Below the pieces are notes generated by a model. That model made no database searches. It was not told the origin of the DNA and saw only the letters and a program-made list of their open reading frames with translations. This document shows positions 1 through 10,497 of a stretch of DNA of 64,000 nt, one piece after another (position 1 is the stretch's first letter; every line of letters begins with the position of its first letter). The stretch is from an uncultured Candidatus Saccharibacteria bacterium (GTDB lineage Bacteria > Patescibacteriota > Saccharimonadia > Saccharimonadales > Saccharimonadaceae), in NCBI GenBank assembly GCA_963548735.1, contig CAUUVW010000001.1:11602-75601 (forward strand). The letters are read 5' to 3'. The translations under genes and the position numbers were made by a program.

Positions 1-1689
1 CAGCTTAGCGGTGCCAAAGCACCTCACTTCATCCAGATGGTCAAAGACGAGCTGACCGATAAGCTAGGCGCCAAAGTCATGGGGCAGGGCGGACTGACGA
101 TCAAGACAACCCTAGATATGCGAGTCCAAGGCGTATTGGAGGGCGAGATGACCAAGCTATTTGAGGGTAATCTATCTTGGTTGCCCCGCAGCTACGGCTT
201 TGACAATGCCTCGTTCACTATGATCGACAATCAAACCGGGCAAATCCTTGGAGTAATGGGCAGTCGCAATTACAACTTCCCCGGTTACGGTGCAGTCAAT
301 GCCGCCACCTCATTTATCCAGCCCGGCTCCAGCGTCAAGCCGCTGGTTTACGCCGCTCTCATCGACAATCAGAATAACAAAAACGGCACTTACGGTGCCG
401 GGTCGATCATCCCCGATACCCCCATCCCCCAGAATGTTTATCGTACTTCCGACGGCACGTCGGTCCAAAATGCCGATCGACGCTTTAAGGGTAATATCCC
501 CATCCGCCAAAGCCTAGCCGGCTCTCGTAATGTGCCAGCCATCAAGGCGATGTCGCTTAATGGCGTCGAGGCCACCCAGAAGTTCATCCGCTCCGCCGGT
601 GACGCTAGCTACTGTACTGACGGTTCTGATACTAATGCCGGTCTCGCTTCGGCTATCGGCGGCTGTGGCGCTAAGCAGGTTGAGCACGCCAACGCCTTCG
701 CCACGATTGCTCGAGGTGGTATCTACAAGCCCTATGAGACTGTCATTGAGGTGACTAATTCACAAAAGGAAAAGCTCTACGAATGGAAGGATGGTGATGG
801 TACTAAGGTAATGGATAGCCAGACTTCGTACATCATCTCTGATATCCTGAGCGACGATTCGGCCAGAGTAGCTACCTTTGGCTGGCGACCGCAAGGCTTC
901 TACGTTAATGGTGTTAAGACCGCCACTAAGACCGGTACCTCCAACCTTGGCCACTACCCGAAGGACCTCTGGATGATGAGCTACACCCCCAAGGCTACCC
1001 TAGCCGTCTGGACCGGTAATCATGTCCCCAAAGCATTACGAGGCGGTGACGGGGCTAGTCTGGGACGAATCGTGTCAGATATCACCAGCAATGTCTACCA
1101 TAATATCTTCCGAGCCGATGGTGCTTGGAAGCCGGGCGATTGGTTCACCCGACCAAACGGCATACAAACTCTGCTTCTTAATGGCGCTAAAGATATCTAC
1201 CCCTCCTGGTACAACAAGAAGAGCAAGACCAGCGACGCCATCAAGATGACCTTCGACCGAGTCACTAAGCGCCGTACTACCGAGTGTACTCCCGAAGGGG
1301 CAAAGGAAACCATTGACGTGATCAGAGTGACTGACCCGGTATCACGCACCACCACTCTGACGCCGCCTAATGGCTATGATGTTAATTCATACGACAACTA
1401 TCACCATTGTAGCGATGTCGCTCCGTTCATCTCAGACATCACCGCTACCAAGGACGCCGGCTCCGGTAAATACATCGTCTCTGTCTTAGCTAAGGCCGGC
1501 ACTCACCCCATCACCGCTGTCACTATCAGCGTCAATGGCAATACTTACGATGCTAATGTTGGCGATACCGGCTCGTGGGACGCAACGATCAACGACTTAT
1601 CCGGCTCGGTTAATATCAGCACTACCGTTCGAGATGAAGGTTACTACACCCAGACGATGTCTAAGACCCTGGAGCTAGCCAAGAAATGA
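1..1689 (+). CDS. Class A penicillin-binding protein, transpeptidase part plus C-terminal Ig-like tail; 5' truncated by the window edge
   Basis: SxxK (GSSVKP), SxN (SRNVP) and KTG (KTGT) motifs; frame is open from base 1. Confidence 0.9.
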   Translation, partial: QLSGAKAPHFIQMVKDELTDKLGAKVMGQGGLTIKTTLDMRVQGVLEGEMTKLFEGNLSWLPRSYGFDNASFTMIDNQTGQILGVMGSRNYNFPGYGAVNAATSFIQPGSSVKPLVYAALIDNQNNKNGTYGAGSIIPDTPIPQNVYRTSDGTSVQNADRRFKGNIPIRQSLAGSRNVPAIKAMSLNGVEATQKFIRSAGDASYCTDGSDTNAGLASAIGGCGAKQVEHANAFATIARGGIYKPYETVIEVTNSQKEKLYEWKDGDGTKVMDSQTSYIISDILSDDSARVATFGWRPQGFYVNGVKTATKTGTSNLGHYPKDLWMMSYTPKATLAVWTGNHVPKALRGGDGASLGRIVSDITSNVYHNIFRADGAWKPGDWFTRPNGIQTLLLNGAKDIYPSWYNKKSKTSDAIKMTFDRVTKRRTTECTPEGAKETIDVIRVTDPVSRTTTLTPPNGYDVNSYDNYHHCSDVAPFISDITATKDAGSGKYIVSVLAKAGTHPITAVTISVNGNTYDANVGDTGSWDATINDLSGSVNISTTVRDEGYYTQTMSKTLELAKK

Positions 1690-2966
1690 CCAAGCCGACC
1701 AAAAAAGGTACACATAAAGCAACGAAGACCAAGGCTAAGATCAAGACCATCGGTAGACCGTCGCAGATTAGCCCCGACACCAAGCGCAACTATAAGACAA
1801 GAGAACGTAAGCTAATACCCGCTAGACAGGCAGCTTACTATGTCCTCGCCTTTGGCTTTTCAGCTGCCACCATAGCTCTTTTCCCGGTCGAGGCAAACCT
1901 GTCTAAGCCACTCTTCACTCGACCGTACAACTTTTACCGCCTGGCTGTTGTTATCCTAGCCATCGTCTTTCTCTTGCTTGCCACCAAGCCGTCTTGGAGC
2001 AATACTCCACCTAGCCACGAGCCGTCCTCCAGGGCTCGTCGATGGCTCTTACGCCTCAGTGTCGCCTTACCGATAGTTGCCCTCATTTTCTTAATCATCC
2101 AGCTGGTCACGCCACAGTTCGCCGCTTTGCTGGTCCGTAAAGAATCGTGGCCTTTTTTCCGTAACGCCATCTTCATCAAGAGTGCCTGTCAGCTCGTAGC
2201 CGCTATCGCCTTTATCAAAGTCGCCCGTCACTACTTTAGGCAACGTCAACGCTTAGCAATGATTCTAGCTATCGCCATGGTTCTGCTCCTAGGACTAATG
2301 ATCGGCGAGGAGTTAAGCTGGGGGCAGCGAATCTTTGGCTGGGGTACGCCATCATTCTTAGCTGAGATTAATTCCCAGTCAGAGATAAACTTACACAACA
2401 TCAACACTCAGCTTACTCAAAATATTCTTTATTTTGGCGGTTGGTTACTACTCATCGGCTTCGCTTTTTGGCGAGAAAGTCTGGCTAAGCTACTCCGAAA
2501 ATGCCCTAAGGCCAGGCTGGACTTCTTATTAGACTGGTTGCCACCCGGCTGTTTCGTCGGACTCTTCGCCGTTGGTTTCGCTTTCTGCGACCCTCTGGTG
2601 TCCGACAGTGGTCTCTACTGCTCATCTAACTTATTTATCATCTTGGCGACAGCCTGCTTGCTATTGACTGAGCTCAGATACCGGCTCAAGCTTCGGTCTC
2701 AACCGAGCACTACTCCCGTTTTAGACAATACTGATGATAATAGACACCAAGTTCTCCGGTTAGGGATATCGCTCCTCTGCTTCGTAGTGGTGCTGGCCGG
2801 CAATTTGTCCAATGCAGATCTATGGAACTACAACTCAGGAGCGCCGACCGAGTATCTTGAGCTATTCATCAGTCTCGGCATTATGACCTGGGCGTTAACC
2901 GTCAAGTCTCGCCTAGTCAAGCATAAAGTCAAGAGTTCTCCAACCAAAACACCGAGAAAAGCTTAG
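1686..2966 (+). CDS. Multi-pass membrane protein of unknown function
   Basis: Many hydrophobic segments, EELSWGQR...QSEINLHN motif; ATGA overlap with the PBP stop. Confidence 0.75.
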   Translation: MTKPTKKGTHKATKTKAKIKTIGRPSQISPDTKRNYKTRERKLIPARQAAYYVLAFGFSAATIALFPVEANLSKPLFTRPYNFYRLAVVILAIVFLLLATKPSWSNTPPSHEPSSRARRWLLRLSVALPIVALIFLIIQLVTPQFAALLVRKESWPFFRNAIFIKSACQLVAAIAFIKVARHYFRQRQRLAMILAIAMVLLLGLMIGEELSWGQRIFGWGTPSFLAEINSQSEINLHNINTQLTQNILYFGGWLLLIGFAFWRESLAKLLRKCPKARLDFLLDWLPPGCFVGLFAVGFAFCDPLVSDSGLYCSSNLFIILATACLLLTELRYRLKLRSQPSTTPVLDNTDDNRHQVLRLGISLLCFVVVLAGNLSNADLWNYNSGAPTEYLELFISLGIMTWALTVKSRLVKHKVKSSPTKTPRKA

Positions 2967-2969
2967 AGG

Positions 2970-3926
2970 CTATTTATTAGCGAGTCGAACCATCTCCGCC
3001 TCAGCAACTGTACTATTTGACTGACGTCGAGGCGCATGGGGACGACGTGGCTGTTTCTTAGCAGCCTCACCATCGCTTCCGTCGGTCTGATTCGCCTGGG
3101 TATGCTTAGGCTGATTATAACGACCGGGTCGTTTCTTGGCTAGTTGATCGGAATGGAAAGCGGATGTCAGCCGAGTCGATTTCACCTCGTCACCGCTTCG
3201 CTTCGACTTACCCGGCTCGTTCTGCCCGGTAGTCCGCACCTTCTTAGCAAACATCATCCGCCCCGCCTCGGTTTGTAGCGAACGGACGATCTCGACCGTC
3301 AAGCGATGACCGATCTGCGCCTTAGCATCCTCTACCACCACCATCGTGCCATCCTCGAGATATCCCACCGCCTGATCCCGATTTGCGCCCGGCTGAATTA
3401 GCTCTACCTCTATTCGCTCACCCGGTAGCAGTTGAGCTCGGAGCATTTGCGACAGCTCGTTAACATTGATTACAGTCAGATTAATAACTTTAGCCACCTT
3501 ATTCAGGTTGTAGTCAGTGGTAGCGATAGAAGCGTCGTACTTTTGCGCCAGCTCAAGCAACCGCTCATCAACTCCACCCGAGTCAACCAAACCATCGTTA
3601 ACGATGGCCACGCTAACGGCATCCATCCGCTGAAGTACCCGGATGTTATCCAGCCCCTTGCGGGCCCGCAGCCTTTTGTCGTGATCTGCCTTGTCAGCTA
3701 ATAGCTGTAATTCACGCACCACTGAGCGTGGAATGATAATCTCTGCCGTAATCACACCGGAGCGAGCTACATCGACGATTCGTCCGTCCATGATTGAGCT
3801 GGTGTCCAGCAGGATGGAGCCTCGAGCTACCTTGGGGTTACGCTGACGTAGTTTGAGGACCATTAACAAGGTCGTCTCGATAAATGTCGCCACCACTAAA
3901 GCAGTAGCAAATGATTGCATGTTCAT
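2970..3926 (-). CDS. yacL: PIN-TRAM domain protein (YacL family) with N-terminal TM helix and a disordered basic tail
   Basis: LDTSSIMDGRI, ELQLLAD, TTDYNLNKVA, VGYLEDGTMVVVE and QTEAGRMMFA match YacL signatures. Confidence 0.88.
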   Translation of the reverse strand: MNMQSFATALVVATFIETTLLMVLKLRQRNPKVARGSILLDTSSIMDGRIVDVARSGVITAEIIIPRSVVRELQLLADKADHDKRLRARKGLDNIRVLQRMDAVSVAIVNDGLVDSGGVDERLLELAQKYDASIATTDYNLNKVAKVINLTVINVNELSQMLRAQLLPGERIEVELIQPGANRDQAVGYLEDGTMVVVEDAKAQIGHRLTVEIVRSLQTEAGRMMFAKKVRTTGQNEPGKSKRSGDEVKSTRLTSAFHSDQLAKKRPGRYNQPKHTQANQTDGSDGEAAKKQPRRPHAPRRQSNSTVAEAEMVRLANK

Positions 3927-4008
3927 AAATCAATAATTCCTTTCAGGAGTAGTATATCATATTAAAGCGTGAGTCGGTACAGCATGAACAGAGCGAGAAG
4001 GTTACAAC

Positions 4009-7000
4009 CTAACTCATTATCACCCTGAGAGCTTGCTTCATCCGATTGTAGCCGGCTCGGTTCATGCTATCGGCAACGAAATTGCCATGGGGTTTATTCA
4101 TAGTACCCTTATGGTTCTCACCATAATCCCAGACCGGATAGTGAACACAGAAGTCTTCAAACTTGGGATAGCTGTCTGCTACAGCCAGGAAGTCTCTAGC
4201 AGCTTGCTTGAATGATCCGCCATGCTGCAGAATCCAGTTTTCGACACCGACGCCGCTTAAGCCACCGACGCCTTTTGCCTCTGGGTTACGCCATTGTTTG
4301 TAGACACCGGCAGCCTTGAGGAACTGTTTAGCGTAGATAATGTTAGCCAGGACTTGCCGGTATTTAGCTTCTGACTGTTGCTTGATATTATCTAGGCGAT
4401 CAGCCAAAGCCATGTCGGTCGAGTACTGGACTTTATTAGTCTTCTGAGTCAGGGTAATGTCAATATCGACCGGTTCAGCTAACCCATCAATGGATACCTT
4501 TTTCAGGCGAAGGGTATCATTGACTATGACGCTTTTGTTATCTACTTGGTTCTCACCCACTTTGCTCTCATTACGCCTTAAGCTGCCTGTTTGGTTTAGC
4601 TTGGTATTGTCGTTGATTTCATCCGTCTTGCCGAAGGCAGTCAGCAAGGCATCAATGATTCTCTGCTTCTTGGTCGGATCATTAAGGATGCTTCTATCCA
4701 GCCTAGCCAGGTAGTCAAAGTCACCCGGCCCGGGAGCGTTAGTCTGTCTACCGGTAGAGCCGGTATCAATTATCTCGACGATGTTCTCGGTTAAGTCTCC
4801 GTCAAGATAGTCCTTGTAACTGAGATTTAGCTCCGGGATATTAGCGATAGCTTGCTTGATGGTTTGGTTGATCACTTCATGCTTACGGTCAGTCTCAGCC
4901 ATGTTGGCCGGAAGCTGGTCAATGATAGCGGTGGTATCGGGGATAGTGATTTCTTTGATATTAGTGGAAGGGAGCTCCAGTTCGTCCTCCGGGGCAAACT
5001 GATAGTCACCGGTGCGGTAGTGACTGAGGCCGGACATTTGCCGACGCATTTTGTCATAGTCGGACGGGGTGAAGATAAGTTCCTCGCTGTCCCTATCAAT
5101 TATCGGGATATAGAAGCCGTTAAGGACAATTTCCAGCTTGGTAACTTCGGAGACGAGGGCGGAATCAGTGACAAAGAAGTCGACTGAGTCCATACCAAAG
5201 CCGGTCCGAATGTCATAGTGTCCGCTACCGTCCACACTGGTAGCAAAAGCTTCCAGCTTAGCGAGAGCTTCTCTCTTATGGGTCCAGTCCGGCTCATTTG
5301 GGTCGAAGACAGCCTGATCAATCTCACCCCTATCTCGTCTAGTGACAATAAACCTATCCTCGCCGGTAGCCTGGTCACTCCGTAGCACCGCCCAGAGGCC
5401 ACCGCCATGAACCCCAGCTAGCATACGCTTGCCGTGATTATCAGTAATTTGGTTGACCGCCCACTTACCTCGTGGTTGGCGCAATACCACGTTCATATCG
5501 GTACCAAGTGGCGTAGACTCACTACGAGATGAGTTACCCAAGTACTCCTTGGAAATAGAGCCGTTTTGAAAGATGTCGGAGAGATAACGGGTACCATAGC
5601 CATCAGTTCCACCTACATCTTTAACTAAGTCGCCCAACTGAAGCTTAGGCTCATCTGTATTAGTAAGGTATTCGGCAGTCCGACGGTTTCTGGCGTCGGC
5701 CTCTTTAACTACATTATCCATATACCGTTCAGCACCGGCTAAATCCTCGATGCCGACGAAGTGAGCAAAGTAGCGGACGGATCGGTCAGCCAGAGAGTAC
5801 CGACTGTTGGGCTTTATCAGGCTGGTCAGGTTAGTAAAGTCGGTTTGGAGAGAGTCGTTTATGTCTTGATCTGCTTGCTGATGGATCAGCTGGTAGGGAT
5901 GTTCTTTGCCGGGCAAGGTGCTGTTGTAAATGGTGGCTAGGTGCCAGGCGAAGGTACTGAGAGTGTCATAATTAGCCTTGGTATCCTTATCCATTAGGTT
6001 AGTCGGTTGGCTAAAGGCACTCCAGTCCAGTTCACCCGAGCTCAGCTGATCAAGTAGAGCTTGACCGTTTTTTAGAGTATCCAAATACTCTCTGATCGAG
6101 CGGTTATTAGAGCCGAACGAAGTTCTAAGCAAGTCGGAGACGATGATGGTGTCCCTGCTATTCAGCATCTGATCCAGCTTGCCGCTCTTTAGATCGCCGG
6201 TGGCTTGCTGGAGGACGGGGCTGATCGTATTAAACGGACTAAAGCTAAAGTCAAAGTCTTCCCCCAGATTGGCGGACGAGTATATAGTTCGAAAGACCAG
6301 GTAGTTCTTACCGACGTATGGTAAGTGATTATGGATGAAGATATCTTCCACCCTATCCAGTGCCTCGGGGATCTTGTCTATATCCAACTCGAGCAACTCA
6401 CGAGCGAAGTCTCCCGAGCGCTCCGCCAGTTCACTGGAGTTGGAGTCAATCAAGCGAACGATGATACCCGAGACTTGTTTGATTTGGTCAGTGGTTAGCC
6501 GGTCATAATGTTCCTTGATATATGACCCAAACACCCGGCGAGGTCTATTCCAATCATTTCCCTCGTCTATGCCGTTGTACCCCTCCATCACCGCTATTTG
6601 CTTACCATCCAGCCCCATCCGTTTTCTACCGGCCTCGTCTTGGTTCTGATAGTACTTATAAATTAAGTCTAGATTGTGAGCGTCAGATGCAAAGGCGTCT
6701 TGCCAAAACTTCGGCTTAGGACCATTAGCGTCAAAGTAGTCAGTCAAGTCACCGGGAGTTAGTTGATACTTCTTGATCTCGTCAGTATCAATGCCGTACT
6801 GCTCGCAAAACCCGAAAAGGGCCTTCTTATCATCCGATAGCCTTGCCTGAAAATCGGGGTTCTTCTGTAAGAAATCAATATCACTCAGCAGGATCTGATC
6901 AATCAGCCTGCCGGTCAAACCATAGTCATTAACGTAGTCGGACAGATTATCCGGGGTCAGCCCCCATTTCTTGATATTACTATTATTCACCCGATAGTTC

Positions 7001-9114
7001 TCGCAAAACTTGAATAGAGCCATCTCACCGTCCGACAATCCGGCGGTATTAGCACATAGCTCCGGGTACTTGCGCAGTAGATTCATATCCTTAAATAACA
7101 TCTGACGGATTAGCTCATCTGTCGGACCATTAGCGTCAAAGTAGCGAACCGTAGCTCTACGTAACTCGCCGGCGCTATCGGCATCAACGTAGTTCGCATA
7201 ATTAAAATCGTGATTTCCATGAGAGCTTACCTTGGAAATGAACTTGAAATATGCTTCCTCAGCGTTACTATAGTGAGACCGCCAGTCCGGATCCAGTCTG
7301 GGCATTATCGCATCGAGACAGTCATGCGCCGAACGATATCGCAGGAATACCTCATCGTAGAACCTCTCCTTCTCTTGCCCGCCATTTAGTGATTTTTGAT
7401 ACTCTGCGACAAAACGAGGGCCAAGAGAATAACGAAATTGTTCAATTACCTTGGCATCATAGGTGCCGTCATCGCTCTTTAGATTATTCCTAATGAAGTC
7501 AACCAGCATCCTTCCGCCATCATCTTCGTTAGTCTGATCCCGATGCGCCTCGAGAAACTCCGCTATCCGGGCGCATCGTACATTATCTAGCGGTGTATAG
7601 TAATGATCCAGCAGACCGGCCACGTCAAATTGGCCCAGGAGTGACTCAGGAGAATCCTCGAAAAAGGCGTCTTTTAAGGCGCCATTTTCATCTATCAGGT
7701 CAGACATAGCCAGCCCTTCCCTCTCTGCCATAACAGAAGCGCACCCGATACAGGTCTGCATAGCGGTAGCCCCCAAGTACTTTGACTGCTCGTGCCAGTA
7801 ATTTGCCCTCTCATCATCACCGCTGGGTTTTAGATTTGGACTAATAAAGTACTGCCGATCTGCTGCACCCAGGCTAAACATCCGATCTATCTTGCGATAC
7901 TGATAATGATATAGTCGGTCGACATCATGACCATCAATCAAGCCTACTTGATAAATGATGTCCTGAGTGCCAATCATGCCATCAATGCCCTTAGATAAGC
8001 TGGAGCAATCATCACAGCGGAACGGCTGTTCGCTCCATAACTTATCATCTTGCGGTAGCTGCCAGCCCAGCCGCCTAATCAGATGATTATACTTCGTCAA
8101 GTCTGATAGTACTTTACCGGCGAACGCTCTTTCTTTCTTACTCCTGCGGTTAAGCCGTTCATAAAACTGCCTGTGTATAATATTACCCTTTTCCGCCCTT
8201 GCCGATAAATCACCAAACTCTTGAATACTCTTGCCCGAACGATTGACGGCGTTCACTAAGAGTTTTTTGCCATCATCGCTCGCACTGATCCCCTCTAATA
8301 TGTCAAACAAGTGCGAATCCTTGACCAACAAATCTTCTGTACTCAACGGATAGCTATCATCCAGATGAGTACACCCCGCCATATCTTCCAGCCAATTGAC
8401 GGCCAGCTGCTTGATACGCTCATTACCGGCTATCTTCTCCACCGGAATATTGAGCCCCTTCAAAAAGCCGTTCGCATCAAAGGCGTGGTGCTCACCAACC
8501 GAGTCAAGGAAATCATCTACCGTCTGATCATTAGAGAGGTCAAGCTTGCTGGTATTAATTGCTCTCCTCGCCCCCGAACGCTCAGAAGCTGCTGTATTGT
8601 CGTCAGATGGAGCAATCTTTAGATATCCCCTGGAGGCCTCTCGGTTAGACAGATCGATCTTGCCCCGCCCAATCAAATCAGTAACGAACCGGTGGTTCTC
8701 GGCTACAGCCGTATTGTCATGAGCTAGGCTAATTCGCCGTAAGTATTCATCAAGCACTTGCTCGTTTCCTAGATCCAGCTTACCCTGATCAACCAGCTGA
8801 TTAAGCTGACGATACTTCTCCGGCTCATCACGATTAGTCCTAGGAGCTAGACGGTCAAGCAAGGCTCCAAGCTGACCGCTCCTTGACCCATGCGGCTGAG
8901 TGTCATCGAGTGTCCTGTCGATCAGTTTCAGCTGTCTTGAGGTCCGCACCTTGGCAAAAGCCAGCTTAAAGGAATCAGTAACTTCGGCAAGCCGTCTTGA
9001 TAGCGGAGCTGTTTTGACCGGCTCAGTCTCTTCGCGATCCACTGACCATCCATCAGTACCGGTGTTATTCACCCCTGTTACCGACTGATCCGGCGGATTT
9101 ATCTGTCTATTCAT
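4009..9114 (-). CDS. Giant 1701-aa protein with internal repeats and a C-terminal Pol-beta-superfamily nucleotidyltransferase domain
   Basis: Uninterrupted 5.1-kb ORF; GSTGRQT-x6-DFD, a later DID, and KQFLK..GVY..GGLSGVGVENWILQHGGSF. Confidence 0.7.
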   Translation of the reverse strand: MNRQINPPDQSVTGVNNTGTDGWSVDREETEPVKTAPLSRRLAEVTDSFKLAFAKVRTSRQLKLIDRTLDDTQPHGSRSGQLGALLDRLAPRTNRDEPEKYRQLNQLVDQGKLDLGNEQVLDEYLRRISLAHDNTAVAENHRFVTDLIGRGKIDLSNREASRGYLKIAPSDDNTAASERSGARRAINTSKLDLSNDQTVDDFLDSVGEHHAFDANGFLKGLNIPVEKIAGNERIKQLAVNWLEDMAGCTHLDDSYPLSTEDLLVKDSHLFDILEGISASDDGKKLLVNAVNRSGKSIQEFGDLSARAEKGNIIHRQFYERLNRRSKKERAFAGKVLSDLTKYNHLIRRLGWQLPQDDKLWSEQPFRCDDCSSLSKGIDGMIGTQDIIYQVGLIDGHDVDRLYHYQYRKIDRMFSLGAADRQYFISPNLKPSGDDERANYWHEQSKYLGATAMQTCIGCASVMAEREGLAMSDLIDENGALKDAFFEDSPESLLGQFDVAGLLDHYYTPLDNVRCARIAEFLEAHRDQTNEDDGGRMLVDFIRNNLKSDDGTYDAKVIEQFRYSLGPRFVAEYQKSLNGGQEKERFYDEVFLRYRSAHDCLDAIMPRLDPDWRSHYSNAEEAYFKFISKVSSHGNHDFNYANYVDADSAGELRRATVRYFDANGPTDELIRQMLFKDMNLLRKYPELCANTAGLSDGEMALFKFCENYRVNNSNIKKWGLTPDNLSDYVNDYGLTGRLIDQILLSDIDFLQKNPDFQARLSDDKKALFGFCEQYGIDTDEIKKYQLTPGDLTDYFDANGPKPKFWQDAFASDAHNLDLIYKYYQNQDEAGRKRMGLDGKQIAVMEGYNGIDEGNDWNRPRRVFGSYIKEHYDRLTTDQIKQVSGIIVRLIDSNSSELAERSGDFARELLELDIDKIPEALDRVEDIFIHNHLPYVGKNYLVFRTIYSSANLGEDFDFSFSPFNTISPVLQQATGDLKSGKLDQMLNSRDTIIVSDLLRTSFGSNNRSIREYLDTLKNGQALLDQLSSGELDWSAFSQPTNLMDKDTKANYDTLSTFAWHLATIYNSTLPGKEHPYQLIHQQADQDINDSLQTDFTNLTSLIKPNSRYSLADRSVRYFAHFVGIEDLAGAERYMDNVVKEADARNRRTAEYLTNTDEPKLQLGDLVKDVGGTDGYGTRYLSDIFQNGSISKEYLGNSSRSESTPLGTDMNVVLRQPRGKWAVNQITDNHGKRMLAGVHGGGLWAVLRSDQATGEDRFIVTRRDRGEIDQAVFDPNEPDWTHKREALAKLEAFATSVDGSGHYDIRTGFGMDSVDFFVTDSALVSEVTKLEIVLNGFYIPIIDRDSEELIFTPSDYDKMRRQMSGLSHYRTGDYQFAPEDELELPSTNIKEITIPDTTAIIDQLPANMAETDRKHEVINQTIKQAIANIPELNLSYKDYLDGDLTENIVEIIDTGSTGRQTNAPGPGDFDYLARLDRSILNDPTKKQRIIDALLTAFGKTDEINDNTKLNQTGSLRRNESKVGENQVDNKSVIVNDTLRLKKVSIDGLAEPVDIDITLTQKTNKVQYSTDMALADRLDNIKQQSEAKYRQVLANIIYAKQFLKAAGVYKQWRNPEAKGVGGLSGVGVENWILQHGGSFKQAARDFLAVADSYPKFEDFCVHYPVWDYGENHKGTMNKPHGNFVADSMNRAGYNRMKQALRVIMS

Positions 9115-9140
9115 GATGACAGTAAAATTGTAGCATAGCC

Positions 9141-10487
9141 CTAATGTAAATGCTGGTTAAGGGCATCCCTCAGGTCGGTGGCGGGGATAACAAATTTATC
9201 TTTCGCGGCACTCCTCGGGGCAATGGCATACTTGAAGCCCAGCTTCTTGGCTTCAGCGATTCGCCGCTCAGACATAATCGCTGATCGGATCTCACCACCT
9301 AGTCCAATCTCACCGAAGACCACCGCCCCATCCTTGAGCTTACGCTCTGCCGTGGCTGAAGCAATCGCCATACAGATGGCTAAATCAGCCGCCCGATCAT
9401 TTAGCTTGAGTCCGCCTACAATATTGATAAAGATATCCCGATCAGCCAGCCGTAGCTTAGTGCGACGCTCCAGTACTGCCACCAGTAAAGTTAAACGGTT
9501 AACATCAAAGCCGCTAGCCGTCCGCTTCGGGTAGCCGAAGCTGGTTTTATTCACCAGCGCCTGCACTTCGACTAGTAGCGGTCGGTTGCCCTCCAGGGTT
9601 GCCAGGACTATCGAGCCATCAGTGTCAGCCCGCTCAGCCAGCAGAGTGGCGCTAGGATTGTTGACCACTCGCAAGCCCTGCTGAGTCATGTCCATGATGG
9701 CGACCTCAGAGGTCGAGCCGTAACGGTTCTTGACTGCCCGAATCATCTTGAAACCACCATAGCGGTCTCCCTCAAAGCTAAGCACTGTATCTACCAGATG
9801 CTCTAAGATCTTTGGTCCGGCAATTGATCCTTCCTTAGTGATGTGTCCGACTAAGATCACGGCTGTATTAGTTTGCTTGGCCGCCCGGATGATGATATTG
9901 GCACTATTAGTGATCTGGCTAACGGTACCCGGTGCACTGGATACCTCAGCTAGCGCCACTGTTTGCATCGAGTCAACGATCGCTACCTGATATTCACCGC
10001 CGGCAATGGTAGCAGCAATATCATCAGCCGAAGTCGTCGCCACTAAAAAGAGATCATCACTACCGCCGGCTCCTAGTCTAGCCGCCCGCAGCTTGATCTG
10101 CGAGACCGACTCTTCACCGCTGGCGTAGAGTACTTTCCTGCCTTTGGCGATATGAGAGCTAACTTGCATCAGAATAGTTGACTTACCGATACCCGGCTGG
10201 CCGGCGATTAAAGTCACTCCACCCGGCATCAAGCCGCCACCCAGAACGACATTCAGATCAGCTATGCCCGTATCCAGTCGAGCACTCACCCGATCCACCG
10301 CCACATCTTTGATTCGTTCCGGACGAATAACCTGACCGCTACTACGAGCTACCGCCGACTTACCAACCGGTGCCGGGATGGTCTCTACCAGCGAATTCCA
10401 CGAACCGCAATTCTCACATCGCCCCGTCCATTTAGGGTATACCGCTCCACACTGCTGACAAACAAACTTGGTCTTGGATTTAGCCAT
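9141..10487 (-). CDS. radA: DNA repair protein RadA/Sms
   Basis: C4 zinc finger, Walker A GQPGIGKS, KNRYG motif, Lon-like C-terminal domain. Confidence 0.97.
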   Translation of the reverse strand: MAKSKTKFVCQQCGAVYPKWTGRCENCGSWNSLVETIPAPVGKSAVARSSGQVIRPERIKDVAVDRVSARLDTGIADLNVVLGGGLMPGGVTLIAGQPGIGKSTILMQVSSHIAKGRKVLYASGEESVSQIKLRAARLGAGGSDDLFLVATTSADDIAATIAGGEYQVAIVDSMQTVALAEVSSAPGTVSQITNSANIIIRAAKQTNTAVILVGHITKEGSIAGPKILEHLVDTVLSFEGDRYGGFKMIRAVKNRYGSTSEVAIMDMTQQGLRVVNNPSATLLAERADTDGSIVLATLEGNRPLLVEVQALVNKTSFGYPKRTASGFDVNRLTLLVAVLERRTKLRLADRDIFINIVGGLKLNDRAADLAICMAIASATAERKLKDGAVVFGEIGLGGEIRSAIMSERRIAEAKKLGFKYAIAPRSAAKDKFVIPATDLRDALNQHLH

Positions 10488-10497
10488 AGCCCGGTTA

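Noticed and set aside
2970..9114. Calling the NTase-yacL pair a CBASS system
   Set aside because: No recognisable Cap effector or Cap2/Cap3 genes; yacL is a normal radA neighbour; the NTase product is unknown
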